Shown piece after piece: positions 37,161-50,588 of a stretch of 64,000 bases of DNA. Position numbers and translations under genes: made by a program. Source of the DNA: Okamejei kenojei (lineage: Eukaryota); NCBI GenBank assembly GCA_035221665.1, contig CM069158.1, positions 19,902,001 to 19,966,000 of the forward strand. Reading direction: 5' to 3'. How positions within the stretch are numbered: position 1 is the stretch's first letter; every line of letters starts with the position of its first letter. The notes under the pieces are model-generated. The model was not told the origin of the DNA. It did not search any database and saw only the letters and a list, made by a program, of their open reading frames with translations.

Positions 37161-39080
37161 GTAATATGTTCAAGAGGAAACATGTTCATAGTCTCGCAAT
37201 GCATGGCAAATCCACGTTATATGCAGTTTATACAAGTAATTTGCTGTCTAATGTACTGCAAAAGTAGCAGAAATGCTACTTATTTAGATAATGTAAAATT
37301 TATAAGAGTAATATGACTATGCAAATAAGATTGTGGGAAATGTGTAATTTACAGCTAACGTGTTTATTAGGGTAATATTTTTACACAGCTTTATCTTCTC
37401 AAGTTTTATTTTCACTTAAGTTGTACAAGTCATTATCATATTCCTGGCAATGCGGTTCTCGCTGATCTTGTCTAATGAGGCTCAGACTGAGAAACCAGAG
37501 CAGCACTGCAAAATCTGTTGGCACTGAACTGACTTTGAAGGTTCTTAGAATGTATGTGTTGTTCTCCTGCCACTCTCATAATAATCATGTCCGTGGTTAA
37601 ATATCCACTACTGTGCAAAAACATCACTGATGCATTATTATTCACAGCTAAATACTTCATCTCCTTGGCGACAGAACTGGGGGTAATATAATTCACCCAG
37701 CCTCCATACTTTGCAGGAATCCAGAGTTCCTTATTGTTTATGTGTACAACACAATATTTCACGTGAATTAGTTATGTCCCACTCCACCAGTATGTCACTG
37801 GTTTGCAATAACTAATACACAGTATCATAGTGATCCCCAAGCACCCCCCCCCCCCCTCCCACTTATTAATCTTTAAGTAATCATCTCCTCACCTTTATTG
37901 GGAAGAGTGTGAAAGGAAGACTCCATGATTGGAGCAGAATGAAGGCACAAGACTGATTTTGCAGCCAGAGTGATGATCAAACGTACTCTGTTACAGAAGG
38001 TCTATATATCCGGGGATGTGAATGATACTGGAAGAGTATGGATATTCATGGCAGCTTTATTATCCCATGCTCAGGGTTTTTAGCATCCAATCTCCAGCCA
38101 CTCTTAGTGTTCCAGGCAGGTATAACATGACTCATACCAAGGTGAACTGTATAGCAGATGGTGGAGCTGCAAGTGTCATGAACTATCTCGTCAGCCAAGG
38201 TGCACAGTGTTAACTATAGGTTATATTCTGGAAGGTGAATTACATTTTAGCTCAGTGGTATCTCCACAGATCACTTGGCATGTGAGTCAGTAAATAATTG
38301 ATCATTCAAAGCTACCGTAAAATAGCCACCCAGTCGTTTTGTTTTGTTGGCCTTACACGGTATGCGTGCACCAGGGCTGCATTTTAGCCCGAGGAGGTTG
38401 CAGATCTAAAACAGAAATGAACCATTGGTTGAGAGTCTGGTCAGATTTACATTGGTAGGAAAAGCCTCTTTTTTTGCAGGAGAATCCAGGGACATTTTTT
38501 TTATTCTAGGGACACCCAGTTAGTAGAGATAACTGTTCATCCTGGTAAATCCAGTTTCCAGTCCATTCTCAGTCCTCCTTAGATGGAGCAGAGTGTTCAG
38601 GTGATACACAATTTAATTCATCTCACACAGCACTCTATGTGACAATCCTTACCACTATGATTGCCTTTGTTCTGATCAAGGGCTGAGAACCCCTGCTGAT
38701 AAACATCTTGGCTCTGGTAAAAAAAATGCACCATGAGTCAACTCTTCGCCTCCGGCTTAACCTCACTGTGTACAAGTTCAGCACTAATGCCTGGCTGATA
38801 TGTGACATTTGTGGCAGCTTTGCTTGCTGGTTATTCCAAGCTTTATTTTTGAAAACAACAATTAAAATCAACATTTAAAACTGCTGCTGGTTGGAGCTGA
38901 GGTCTCACATCTCCAGGGACCCGGGTTTGATCCTTACCACAGGAGTTGCCCGTGCTCCCTCCGTGACCATCTGGATTTCCTCTGAGTAATCTGTTTTTCT
39001 CCAACATGATAGGTTAATTGGCTGCTGTAAATTGTCCCGTGTGGGTAGATGGAGCAGAATAAAGTGCCGGGAAAGTAGTT

Positions 39081-39370
39081 AATTTAGTTTAGAGATACAG
39101 CGTGGAAATAGGCCGTTCAGCCCACTGAGTGCGCATCGTCCAACGCTCATCCATACACTGTGGTCTATCCTACGCACTAGGGACAATTTACAGAAGCCAA
39201 TCAACTTACAAACCTGCACAATGTGGGAGGAAGGAATGTGGGAGGAATGTGGGAGGAAATTGGAGCGCCCAGAGAAAACCCACGTGGTCGCAGGGAGAAT
39301 ATACAAACTCCATACAGACAGCAGCCATAGGCAGGATTGAACTCCGGTGCAGTAAGGCAGCAACTCCGCT
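39081..39370 (-). mobile_element. tRNA-derived SINE with internal (AATGTGGGAGG) duplications
   Basis: Same SINE family body and tail. Confidence 0.65.
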
Positions 39371-39805
39371 CAATGGAGAATGCAGGTGGAAAGATGGAAG
39401 GAGGGGAGGTGCTCGGTGGTAGGTGTAATCGTGGTGGGCCAAAGGGCCTGAATTCCATGATGTTTCACTCTGTGACAAAAGTAATCTTTGGTCAGTAAAT
39501 GGCCAATGTATATCACCTAATCTAATTTGGACAGGTTTATTGAAAGTTATTATATAGAAGCAAACGATACAGGAAGACTTAAGTCAGGGCAAACAAATTC
39601 TAGGAGAACACAGAATGTAATTAAAATTGAGACAGTAATTTACATTTGATTACATAATGCTTACTCTTGAATAATGCATTGAATTGAAATTTTGGTTGAT
39701 CTATAATTGTTGCTGTGTGCAGTATAATTCTTCCTTTGATATTTTTGTTATCTTCATAGCTGCCAGTCATATTCTTAAAACAGACAATACCAGAGTTTTA
39801 TATGA

Positions 39806-39903
39806 GAAGGGCTGAAGAAGGGTCTCGACCCGAAACATCGCCTATCTCCTTCGCTCCTTAGATGCTGCTGCACCCGCTGAGTTTCTCCAGCTTTTTGTGT
39901 ACC
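39806..39903 (+). mobile_element. 98-bp Penelope-derived unit with hammerhead-like core and 16-bp target duplication
   Basis: CTGAAGA-AGGGTCTCGACCC-GAAAC-ATC; flanked by CCAGAGTTTTATATGA at 39790-39805 and 39904-39919. Confidence 0.75.
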
Positions 39904-40235
39904 CCAGAGTTTTATATGATATTTTCTGCAATAGAAAGGTTGTTTTTTCTAAGAACTAACTAATTATTTTGCTGAGTCACGTAATGTTCTTTAATTTCAC
40001 ATGTCAATAGAAACTGCTTGTGTAGGAGGTCAGGGTGGTGGTTGCAGTACTGAACTCCCTCATAGAATTAGCATGTACCGTTCACAAAAGGCCAGTCACT
40101 TACCTTGAATATAGTAACGGATTAAAGGGCAAACTACATGATGATAACAGGAGAGAGCAGTGAGCAAAGAATGGGGCAGGGGTAATCTCTTTCTGAGTTG
40201 CATCCTACCTGTGCCAGGGAACATATTTAAAGGGG

Positions 40236-40522
40236 GACACGGTGACACAACGGTAGAGCTGCTGCCTTACAGCGCCAGAGACCCGGGTTAGATCCTGACT
40301 ACAGGTGCTGTTTGTACGGAGTTTGTACGATCTCCCATGACTGCTTGGACCTGCATTCCAAAGATGTACAGGTTTGTAGGTTAATTTGGCACTGGTTTAA
40401 AAAATATATATAAGTAGTCGCTAGCATTTAGGATAGTGCAGTGTACAGGGATCGCTGGTCGGCATGGACTCAGTGGGCTGAAGGCCTGATTCCCCGCTTC
40501 ATTTCTAAACTAAACTAAACTA
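40236..40522 (+). mobile_element. tRNA-derived SINE (HE1/V-SINE-like)
   Basis: A-box-like GGTGACACAACGGTAGA, B-box-like GGGTTAGATCC, (CTAAA)n tail. Confidence 0.75.
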
Positions 40523-40621
40523 TAGGTTAGCATTTCCTATTTGAGTTCTTAAAATGTATGCAAGATGTTCAATTTCAGACTTTACACTACAAATTTAGTT
40601 ATTGAGTCTTATATTTTACAG

Positions 40622-40644
40622 GGATTCAGTTCAATGATAACCAG
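40622..40644 (+). CDS. TRIM exon 4 (23-nt micro-exon)
   Basis: TTTTACAG|GGATTCAGTTCAATGATAACCAG|GTAAGT; a 23-nt linker exon is typical of B30.2 TRIMs and keeps the frame. Confidence 0.85.
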
Positions 40645-41889
40645 GTAAGTGGCTATAACATTATTACGATTTATTTAAATGGACTGGCATGTAATGCAGA
40701 CAATTTATGTTTCTAGGAGACTGGCTAATATGCAGCACTATCTTGTTTGGGGCACTTGGAGAGAACAGCCCTGTGCATTAAGCCATGGTTGCTCCGATAT
40801 TTCCCATCTATAGTATACTAAATGGAATGAAAGGCCATCACAATAGTAAGAACTCTCACCTCATGGCTCCAGCAATCCTGACCTCAGATGCTGGCTGTGT
40901 GGAGTTTGCGTGTTCCCCTGAGGCTGCTTACATTTCCTCTGTGGGTGCTCCAGTTTCCTCCCGTATACAAACGTTATGGTTGGCTAATTAGACATGTAAA
41001 ATTGCCACTCATGTGTCAGTGAGTGGTAGAATCTGGGGGAACACGAAGGGACGTGAAGGAGAATAAAATGATAGTGTAAAGGTGCTTGACGGATGATGCA
41101 AACTACGTTTTTCCATCTGTGTTATTTTATGATCCCACAATATTGCAAGCTGGAGGCTGTTAAAAGTTACCCCACACTTTGATATTAGATGTGAAGGAAA
41201 ATAGGCCACTACACAAGGAGTCGGGCAAGGGTGAGGTCCTCAGTGTAAAATTATTTTGCCTTGAAGCAACTGATACTAAAAGGTTGAATTTCTGTGTTTT
41301 AAATAGCAGCTGGCCTGTAAATTGAACTTAAAATGTTATCCTGTTAATATTGTTTCACATGGAATAAATCCCTATATTTATTGAATACTTTCCAAATATT
41401 GCTTTTTTTTTCTATTAATTTGCCTTTTTGCCCCTTCGTTAAAATGGTACCTTTGTCTATCAGGCTTTGGAAAATGAATCTACCTTGGGCTTTGAATGGG
41501 TGCTTTATAAGTTAACACACGGGAGTGCTATGGCAACATAACACACAATATATTAAACCAGTGGGAGTTTTATTTTCAGTGTAATGCACAGGGACATCAG
41601 CGCTGTGCTGTTATATAATGTATTCACAAGATCTTTGGTTTCCTAGTAACACAAGTTGAAGTAAAATCGTCACTTTGATGTGCTGCTTCAGTTCAAATCA
41701 CACGATCGGCTATTTATTGCAATGACGTAAGAGCAAGAGTTGTTTAAAATCCACCTCCTCGTGTCTCACTCTCCTGCATTTTCTCAGTGAAGTGATTTTC
41801 TTTCACAGCACGGTATTGCCAAACATCAGCCTTCTTCCCCATCCCCTGTGCCATGCACTCCCACACCTAGAGGACTGCTCCCAGCAGAG

Positions 41890-42165
41890 GCACAAAATGC
41901 TGGAGTAACTCAGCGGGTCAGGCAGCATCTCTGAAGAAAACGGATGGGTGGCATTTCAGGTGGGAATCCTTCTTCAGACTCCATAAAACACGACTTAGCT
42001 CCAAGTGTGAGGTAGTGTGTGGAACACTGGGAAGTCTAAAGAAGTGTCTCGACCTGAAACGTCATCCATTCCTTCTATCCAGAGGTGCTGCCTGTCCCGC
42101 TGAGTTGCTCCAGCATTTTGTGTCTATCTTCATTTTAAACCAGCATCTGCAGTTCTTTCCTACAA
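41890..42165. mobile_element. Inverted pair of Penelope-derived short repeats
   Basis: CACAAAATGCTGGAGTAACTCAGCGGG...CTTCTTCAGAC, then the reverse-orientation copy ending CCAGCATTTTGTG...CTGCAGTTC. Confidence 0.7.
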
Positions 42166-43063
42166 CACAGGGAGTATTGAATTGAAGAGGGTCAGAGATC
42201 TCAGAGGGTGTAGACCAGAGGAAGAGATCTGTCAATACCATCAACCACCCTACTACTAGAGGTTTTAAGATGAGAGGAAACGTTTTAAAAGATTTGCAAG
42301 GCAAGTGGTGGGGCGATAGATTTGGAGGGTGGGTGAAAGGGGAGTGAATCAAAGATTTAGGATATCGGGCCTGCCTGCATCATTCAAGCAAGGGACTCAG
42401 TTCCTCCTCTGGGAGACCATCAGAGTACCATAACTTCAAGTCATTTAATCTCCGGAGCACAGTATCAATGTAGTATTTAACATTTCCACCCTTGGAAAAT
42501 ACTCCAACTACCATGTTGTTTTTAAATGTTGTATTTTTTTTAAATCAGGTTTCCTCTTACCTCTGATGCTCCAGAAAAAAAACAATCCTCATTTGTCCAA
42601 CCTTTCCATAGAGCTAAAACTCTCTAAACTAGGCAAAAGCCAGGTGAACCTCTTCTGCGCCCTCTACAGAACCTCCACATCTTTCCTGTAATGGGGCAAT
42701 CAGAACTGCGCACAATATCTCAAACCCAGCTAACCAAAGTTTTATAAAACTGCAATGTGACTTCACAACCCTTATAGTCAATATAACTGACTGATGAAGG
42801 CAAGCATGCCATCACTTTCTTTACCATATTTGTGTTGCCACTCTCTGGGAGATATTGATTTGCACCCCAAGATCGCTCTGTACTCTGTGCTGTATATTTT
42901 GTTCTTGATCTTTGTGTCTCTAGTTCCTTGCCTCTCCCAGAATGTCAGAGGTGGGATGATTTATATTGTGAATCCCTCAATAGTGTGTTGTATGTGCGAG
43001 TCCTGAAGCCTGCTGCTGACGATCTATTGCGTGCACGGATAATATGTTGCATTGATTTTCCAG

Positions 43064-43212
43064 GATAAAGAATGCGTCCGCACCATTCAAGTCACCTCAG
43101 CCTCATCCTTGCCTGGATAAAATAAAACTGGATAGGATAAAAAATCACACGCAGAAAAATTACGAGCTTGTTTCCCAGGTGAAGAAGGACAGGGATCGTC
43201 TAATCTCCTTGT
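43064..43212 (+). CDS. TRIM exon 5 (149 nt, linker)
   Basis: IKNASAPFKSPQPHPCLDKIKLDRIKNHTQKNYELVSQVKKDRDRLISL; phase 2-1; donor GTAAGT; joins exons 4 and 6 in frame. Confidence 0.8.
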
Positions 43213-44946
43213 GTAAGTGGCAGTACATGACTGCTAATGGGTCAAAATGTAAGGCAGCTGTGTTTGCAAACAAAGAGTCATCCCGCAATGAAGAAGACCG
43301 TTCAGTACATCATCATAGTGCACTCTCTAGAAAGCGTAGTCTATTAGTTCCTGTTACTCTGTCCTTTCCACATAGCCCCACTGATGTTAATTTTTCAAGC
43401 ACTTGTGGCTTATGAAACCATCCAGTTTAAAATGGACATTTCTAGGTTTCAGGTTATATTCTGCAGGCCCATGCCCATGTCATTGATTAAAATCCAAAAC
43501 CTGCAAGGAATTCTGAAATAAAAAAGCATCAAATGCTGGAAACCTTACTTTTGTTTCTCTCCACAGATGCTGTGCGACCTGCCAAGTATTTCCAGCATTT
43601 TTTCTTATTGTATGTCATTGCTACACTGTGTGCTAAGTACCAATGGTGTAACTATGGTAATATGTTGCCATGCTTGTAGCTATATATCTTCCATGCATTA
43701 CATGGAAAATGGCTTCTGGCGTGCTTCATACAAGGAGAATTTTGATCTGCAAGGACAGCTAATATTGTGGTAACATTATTGAAGAGGTAACTGGAAGATT
43801 TGTTGAGAGCAACGCCTTTGCTGTAGACTGGATGGAGGCATTTGACAAAGATCCAAATGACACATTGATGAGTGAACATCGTTACAATCCAAGGAAAACT
43901 AGGATGTTAGATGAAAAATCCCAAGAGGCTGAAGTGAAAGTCAATGGTGGTGTTAGTGGCTGGACTCAGCAGCAGAGTGGCCATTGAGCCCTTGATTTTG
44001 ATGGCACATGTTACTGATTGGACAAGTGCAGAGGACATGATTAATTAATTTGTGACATCGTCAATAATGACAGCAAAGGGTCCAGACTGAGACACGGTAT
44101 AAATGGACTGATTAGATGAGTGCAAAAATGAAGGTCATGGACAATGGGAAGGTAAAATAATTGGTTGGCTACTAAAATGTGTAAAGGAACAGAGGGACCT
44201 CGGAGAGCAGGTGTACTGATCCATGAAAGTTGCAGGATGGTGAGATAAGGTGATACAAAAAGGTAATGCAGGATATTTGCCATTATTAGATGACACATAG
44301 AATATGTTCAGAAAGGTTACGTTTGAATTGGCTATTGGTTAGATCATAGCTGTGTGCACCATTCCATAGGAAAGATGTGATATTGTTACCGAGGGTGCGG
44401 AGGGGATTTATCAGGAAGTTTTTTACGGTTGGAATCATGAAATGTTGACCAGGCTGGGGTTGTTTACTCATGAGTGAGGTGCTCTCTGGGTCATGAACGG
44501 ATCCTGCATGTGACTAAGTATTTAGGAGACTGTTGGGGTGGATTTACTGTCTGCTGTGGGACTACAGGCATCTTCTGCTGGACGGGAACAGGGCATTTCT
44601 ATGTACCTTTCCACCACCTTTCCCTGAGCCATAACCACCGGGAGCTGGGTGGAGCTGAACAGAGCTGGGAGCGTTGAGCAGATTCGCTCACTCATTGAGT
44701 CAGTAAGACTCTTCCCTCACCTTCACACTCTCCCATCACAGCTGTTTCTGTGATCTGCTCCCACACACCGCCTTTTTGTTTATTTCCAACCTACAAACAG
44801 TTTGGGTTGCAGACAGTTTTCAGGAATGGAACCCTGTGGTAAACCCAGACTGAGGAAAACAGGACAACAAAAATATCATGGACTGAGAAGGGAATCCCAA
44901 ACCATGACTTCATCTGACCGTTGCAAAGTAAAGGGTGCCTCAGTAA

Positions 44947-45315
44947 ACATAGAAACATAGAAAATGGCGGTGCAGAGCCTGTACCTCGATTCAATATGAT
45001 CATGGCTGATCATCCAACTCAGTATCCTGAACCTGCCTTCTCTCCATACCCCCTGATCCCTTTAGCCACGAGGGCCACATCAAACCCCCTCTTAAATATA
45101 GCCAATGAACTGGCCTCAACTACCTTCTGTGGCAAAGAGTTCCAGAGATTCATCACTCTCTGTGTGAAAAATGTTTTTCTCATCTCGGTCCTAAAAGACT
45201 TCCCCCTTATCCTTAGACCGTGACCCCTTGTTCTGGACACCAACATCGGGAATAATCTTCCTGCATCCAGCCTGTCCAACCCCTTAAGAATTGTTGTAGG
45301 TTTCTATAAGATCCT
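44947..45315 (-). mobile_element. CR1 LINE 3' end
   Basis: DRLDAGRLFPML..RTRGHGLRIRG..FFTQRVMNLWNSLP; CATAGAAA tail. Confidence 0.88.
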
Positions 45316-46513
45316 TGACAAGAGAACCCTGCGGACTATCTCCCGCACTAACATGACCTTGCTTTGAATTGTGTTTCTGCACTGATGTCTTTTTATTTTA
45401 CTGTCTTGGATGATTATGTATAATTTATGTTTTTCTATGTTGTTTTGAGTCTATGTGCTGTAAACAAGATTTTTATTGTACCCGTACCTCACTGTATTTG
45501 TGCATATGATAATAAATACATGACAGACTGTATCTGACTTTTCCCCCAATTCAGAAGCACAGGGGGCAACTTCAACACTCATTGTAGCTCCCTGGCAGGC
45601 ATCAACTTTCTGATCATTTCCCGTCAGCAAATGGGAGGTGCAGCTCCATCCTACAGATCAGCCAACGGCTTCCTGTATTGGGACATAAATATAGAATTAC
45701 CCACTTCCCTCGACCTCAAGACAGACATGGTGGCTTCCTGTAAGGCAGAGGCTTCATGCACACTGTGACAACTGTAATAACAAACCAGTCTCTGACAGAA
45801 ATCTTAGAATTCGGGGTTCAGTGATGCCTTTGCGAATTTCTGTTCCATGAGAAACAGAGCATTGTGAAAGAAAGAGAATCGAGGTGCTGGAATCGTGAGC
45901 AAAACCAAACTGCTAGATGAACTCATCAGGTCAAAAAGCATGTGTGGAGGGAAATGGACTGATGGCCTTTCAGGTCGAGATTCTCCTTCAGACTGCCACA
46001 GAATGCTTGACTTTATGTTATCTCAGGCTTTGATTGTTGTGTCAATTGGGACATCTGCTCAGTGACGGCCTCACTGCACTGAGAATGGAGAGATTTCTCC
46101 AGAGAGAGGGTGGAGAATATTTGAATGGTTTTCCCAGGGGGCAGTGGGGGCTCAGTAGTTGAGTCTATTTAAGAGAGCGATTGGAGGATTATTGTACATT
46201 AAGGGAATCGATGATAGGGGGGGTTACTGTGTCAGTGTTGTAAGAAACTGGTCATGATGATCAGCCATGATGATATTGAATGGCGGTGCAGGCTCGAAGG
46301 GCCGAATGGCCTGCTCCTGCACCTAATTTCTATGTTTCTATGATCTCCTTGAATGGTGAAGCAAGCATGAGGGGTTGAATAGCTTCTTCTTGCATCTGTT
46401 CCTGACTTTCTAATTGTAGTGCAGGCCAGGATACTGTTGTTCAACCCGGTTGAACCATTGCCTCTGAGCCCTTGCCTGAGAGGTCTATCACGCAGTTCTG
46501 TGTGTATCCACAG

Positions 46514-47058
46514 ATGGACAGAGGCTGTCCCCGGATCTCAACACGGCCCATGCCCAGTTCATCTTGTGTGACGGTAACAGGACGGTGTCCCTGTCTCCCA
46601 AGAGGCAGCCGGTGGCCAGGAGCACGGAGCGCTTTGACTGTTGCCAGCAGCTGCTGTGCGCCGAGGGGGTGAGGGCGGGCCGCTGCTACTGGGAGGTGGA
46701 GGTGGCCGGCGACAGCGGCGTCTGGAAGGTCGGCCTCTGCTACAAGAGCATCAGCCGCAAGGGCAAGGGCACCGAGTGCCTGCTGGGCAGGAACTGCAAG
46801 TCGTGGTGTCTCTACTCGCTGGTGGGCTCCGTGCTGGCTCTCCACGACGACAACGACACCAAGCTGACTGCGGGGAACATTTCCAGGGTGGGGGTGTACG
46901 TGGATTATGAGGCTGGAACGATCTTGTTTTACAGTGTGGCGGACAGGAAGCTTACCCCGATACACACCTTCCAGCATGGGGCATTCACCGAGCCCCTCTA
47001 CCCTGCATTGCAGATCGGAGATTTCACCACTTCTCTGACCCTCTGTGCACTGAAGTAA
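46514..47058 (+). CDS. TRIM exon 6: B30.2 (PRY-SPRY) domain
   Basis: (Y)GQRLSPDLNTAH...ERFD..QLLC..GRCYWEVEV...SWCL...RVGVYVDYEAG.I.FY...FTEPLYPA; TAA. The six exons sum to 1536 nt (511 aa plus stop). Confidence 0.93.
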
Positions 47059-47581
47059 CCTCACCTCATCCAACCCACCCATTGTGCCTGGGTCCTTGGA
47101 AGAGCTTTACAATCAATCTCACTCCCCTTTCTTTCCTTGCATATTTTACCCCCTCTTCTACTTACCTAATTCTCTTTTTAAAGTTATAATTGGGTGTGAT
47201 CTTATACATTTGTATGCCTGCTTTTTCCTGTTTACCGGCCCCATTGACAGAGCCAAATGCGTGGCCAATATAGACAACGTATTTTTTATGGACAGCAGAA
47301 TCTCCCCTGGCAATCTGGGCGTGGAGAATTTCTGGGAATACCCCCTGCGTGAGGTTCCCCCGAGACTAAGGGTTTGACAGGGCAAAGGCTGGAGGGGTGG
47401 CAGTAGGAGTGGCCTGGTCACAGCCTGACTGCTCTGGCGAGGTCTTTGTCCCTCCTCCTCCCCCGTATGACAGGTGGAGGCTGGAGGAAGCTGCACCAGC
47501 CATTGTGAAATAGCCCCCTCACACGACCTCCCACATTGCTGAACAGTCAGCAACAGATCCACCAGTGCAATCGTGGAGATT

Positions 47582-47800
47582 GACACAGAATGCTGGAGAC
47601 TGGAGTAACTCAACAGGACAGGCAGCATCTCTGGAGTAAAGGAATGGGAGACGTTTCGGGTCAAGACGCTTCTTCAGTCTCGACGCGCAATGTCACCTAT
47701 TCCTTTTCTCCAGATCTAGAGATGCTGCCTGACCCGCTGAAGTCCAGAATTCTGTGTCTATCTTTGGTGTAAACCAGCATCTGCAATTCCTTCCTACACA
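47582..47800. mobile_element. Inverted pair of Penelope-derived short repeats
   Basis: Same family as 41890 and 50589; head-to-head copies. Confidence 0.7.
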
Positions 47801-49449
47801 GTGTAGTCATGGATCTGGGACTGCTCATTCTTCTCCCCATCCTCAACCAGCCAGGAGCTGCCGTTCCCTCAGGTTATTTTGGCCCTTGGTTTTTAACAAA
47901 TTGTGCCCGCTACAACATCCCTTTCCCCACAAGCTTTAGCTGCCCACAGTTTGTGCCCCAGCTACCCTTGCCCTGATCATTGCTGCCAGCCTCAGGTTCC
48001 CACCGAGGAACAGGGACCCTTGAGGACTTGTTGGCCAACAGAGTTGTTATATGTGGGGGTGAAGGCTTCGCCTCACTGCTAACCTCTCCAGCAGAGGAAA
48101 ACCCAGCCCTGAACCCTAATTCCTTCAGGACCTGGAGGAGTGAATGTCCCCTACATGACATTCTGACCATTTGCTGAACCTCCTCAGCTCTCCATCCCAT
48201 ACGCCAGATGTGGCTTTCGTTATCTCCTGAGCTGATGTGTGTTTGGCTGCTGCTCTTGTACTGGAATCTGTAAACTCCCGACATACTGATGATACTTTCT
48301 TACTGCCAGTGAAACCTTGTGGAATGTTTAGGAATTTCTCGGAATCCAGTCGGTGCATACTGCGTGTTTATTTTGTTATGGAATGGCATGAATGCCAACA
48401 TTATTCTTGCCGGCGAACTTAGAAGCTGCTAAAATGTTTAATATTTTGGATTTTTGAAACATAAAGTGCTGGTACATCTAAAAGCCTGATTTGTGGTCAA
48501 TTTCAAAAGATACGTATTTCAAGCTCATCTCATAGCCTGAAACGTTTTACAACCAAGTGTTTTTGAACTATAGTTACTGCTAGGTAGGAAACACAGCAAC
48601 CTATTATTTAGTTTAATTTAGTATAGTTATTGTCACGTGTAACAAGGCACAGTGAAAAGCTTTTTTTTGCATGTTACCCAGTCAAAAGACTATACATGAA
48701 TACAATCAAGCTGATATTTGGTTTCTCAACATTTACGTGTGCATCGATACTTTTGTTCAATTTTGGGGCAGTGCAAATGTGATGAAACCAAAGTGTCTGG
48801 GAAGGGTAGGTAGGAACTGCAGATGGTAGTTTACACCAAAGATAGACACAAATGCTGGAGTAACTCAGCAGGTCAGGCAGCATCTCCGGAGAAAAGGAAT
48901 AGGTGACATTTTGGATCAGCATCCTTCTTCAGTCTGGAAGTAGTGGGGGGGGGGGCGAGAGATCTGTGTTCTGGGAAGGTGACCAATGGTTCAAGAAACA
49001 TAATGAGGAATCTCGAGACTGCTGAGCAAAGGTGAAAACAAAGTTTCAGTTTAATTTATTGTCACGTGTACCAAGCTTCTGTTGCATGTTAACCAAAATA
49101 AACTTCAGGTGCTGGATATTTGAAATAAGAACAGATCATGCAGGAAGTACTCAGCAGGTCAGGCCACATCTTAGGAATGTGGTGCTGGTTCAAAGGGCCG
49201 GATGGCCTCCTCCTGCACCAGTTTCTATGAAAGACAAACAGAGTTAACATTGGAGGTTGAAGACGTTTCTCAGAACTGGGAAGGAGACAAGGATGGCGGA
49301 GTAGAGGGTAAAACCGTGGTAACCATGGGAATAAACTGTTAGCAGGGTAATATGGTAAAAAAAAAGACTGCAAAGCCTGGAATCAGAAGCTGAAAACAAT
49401 CTGTAGCAAGACCTTAGTAGCGCAGTCAGCATCTGTGGAAAGAAATAAG

Positions 49450-49570
49450 GGTGTGTGGGCGTGGCCATAGTGGAAGTGGGCGGGGCCGTGGGGTGAGATG
49501 GGCGGGGCCGTGGTCGAGAGGGCGGGGCCTGGCCCGCAGGCTGGCCCAGCAGCCTGTGCGCGGGCGAAGA
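49450..49570 (+). promoter_or_regulatory. FAM32A CpG-island promoter with GC boxes
   Basis: Three GGGCGGGG boxes at ~49478-49528 and GGAAGTG at ~49472, directly upstream of the ATG. Confidence 0.7.
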
Positions 49571-49640
49571 TGGCCGACTACGAGGCGGTGCAGCGCGGGA
49601 GTCTCCGGCTCAAAGGCGTCGCTGGTCTCGGTGTCAAGAA
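49570..49640 (+). CDS. FAM32A: FAM32A exon 1
   Basis: MADYEAVQRGSLRLKGVAGLGVK; donor GTAAGA (phase 2). Confidence 0.92.
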
Positions 49641-49784
49641 GTAAGAAGCAACCTGGCTCTTCTACCGGGCCCAGTGGCAGGGGAAAGGCCTAACCACGGG
49701 CCTCAGTGGGGTGTGGGAGCGGCATCAGGACGGTTGTTTGTCCGGAAGGCCGCAGCTGCTTAGCCCCTGATGTGCGGACCGTCG

Positions 49785-50530
49785 CAGCTCCCTGGAGTTA
49801 ACTCGTTCCTTCCCACCAACCCCCCCAAATCCCCCTCCCCAGGTACTTCCCCCCTCCACCCGCAGGATGTGCAATACTTAAACCATATACCTCCTACCTC
49901 GACTCTGTCCAAGGACCCCGACATCACTTTCAGGTGATGTAGAGGTTCACCTGCACCTCCAAACACACCTACCGTTTCTGCTGCTCAGGCTCGGCGATCG
50001 TTTTGCTGAACACCTCCGCTCAGTCTGCCTAAACCTACATGACCTCCCAGTTGCTTTAATTCCCCCTCCCATACTGACCTTTCTGTCCTCCGCCTCCTCC
50101 ATTGTCAGAGTGAGGCCCAACGCAAATTGGAGGAACATCACCTCATATTTCGCTTGAGTAGTTTACAACTCGTACATGCAACTTACAACTGCAGTGATAT
50201 GAATATCGACTTCTCTAACTTCAAGTAACCCTCGCTTCCCCCCCCCCCTCCCCATCCAAGTTCTCCCCCTCTGACCAGTCTGACTGTTTCTAATTCCATT
50301 TATCTTTGTATGCTTGGTTGTCACCTCCCCCTAGCTAACAATGATCTATTCTATATTTTCCTTGAACTTCGTCCCCTTTGATGTCTCGTTTTCACACTTT
50401 GCCCTTCCATATCTCTGTGACTCCCTCTCCCCTGACTCTCAGTTTGAAGAAGGGTCTCAACACGAAACATAACCCATTCCTTCTATCCAGAGATGCTGCC
50501 TTTCCTGCAGTGTTACTCCAGCATTTCCTG
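49785..50530 (+). mobile_element. Penelope-like retroelement 3' fragment (degenerate GIY-YIG endonuclease and pLTR)
   Basis: RFTCTS...RLGDRFAEHLRSV...SEAQRKLEEHHLIFRL...MNIDFSNFK*, followed by a pyrimidine-rich UTR and the TGAAGAAGGGTCTC..GAAAC unit. Confidence 0.8.
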
Positions 50531-50588
50531 CAGTGTTACTCCTGCATTGTTACTCCACACACATCTTCAAAGTAGACATACTTTGATG

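Noticed and set aside
46441-47082. 213-aa minus-strand ORF
   Set aside because: Antisense to the B30.2 exon.
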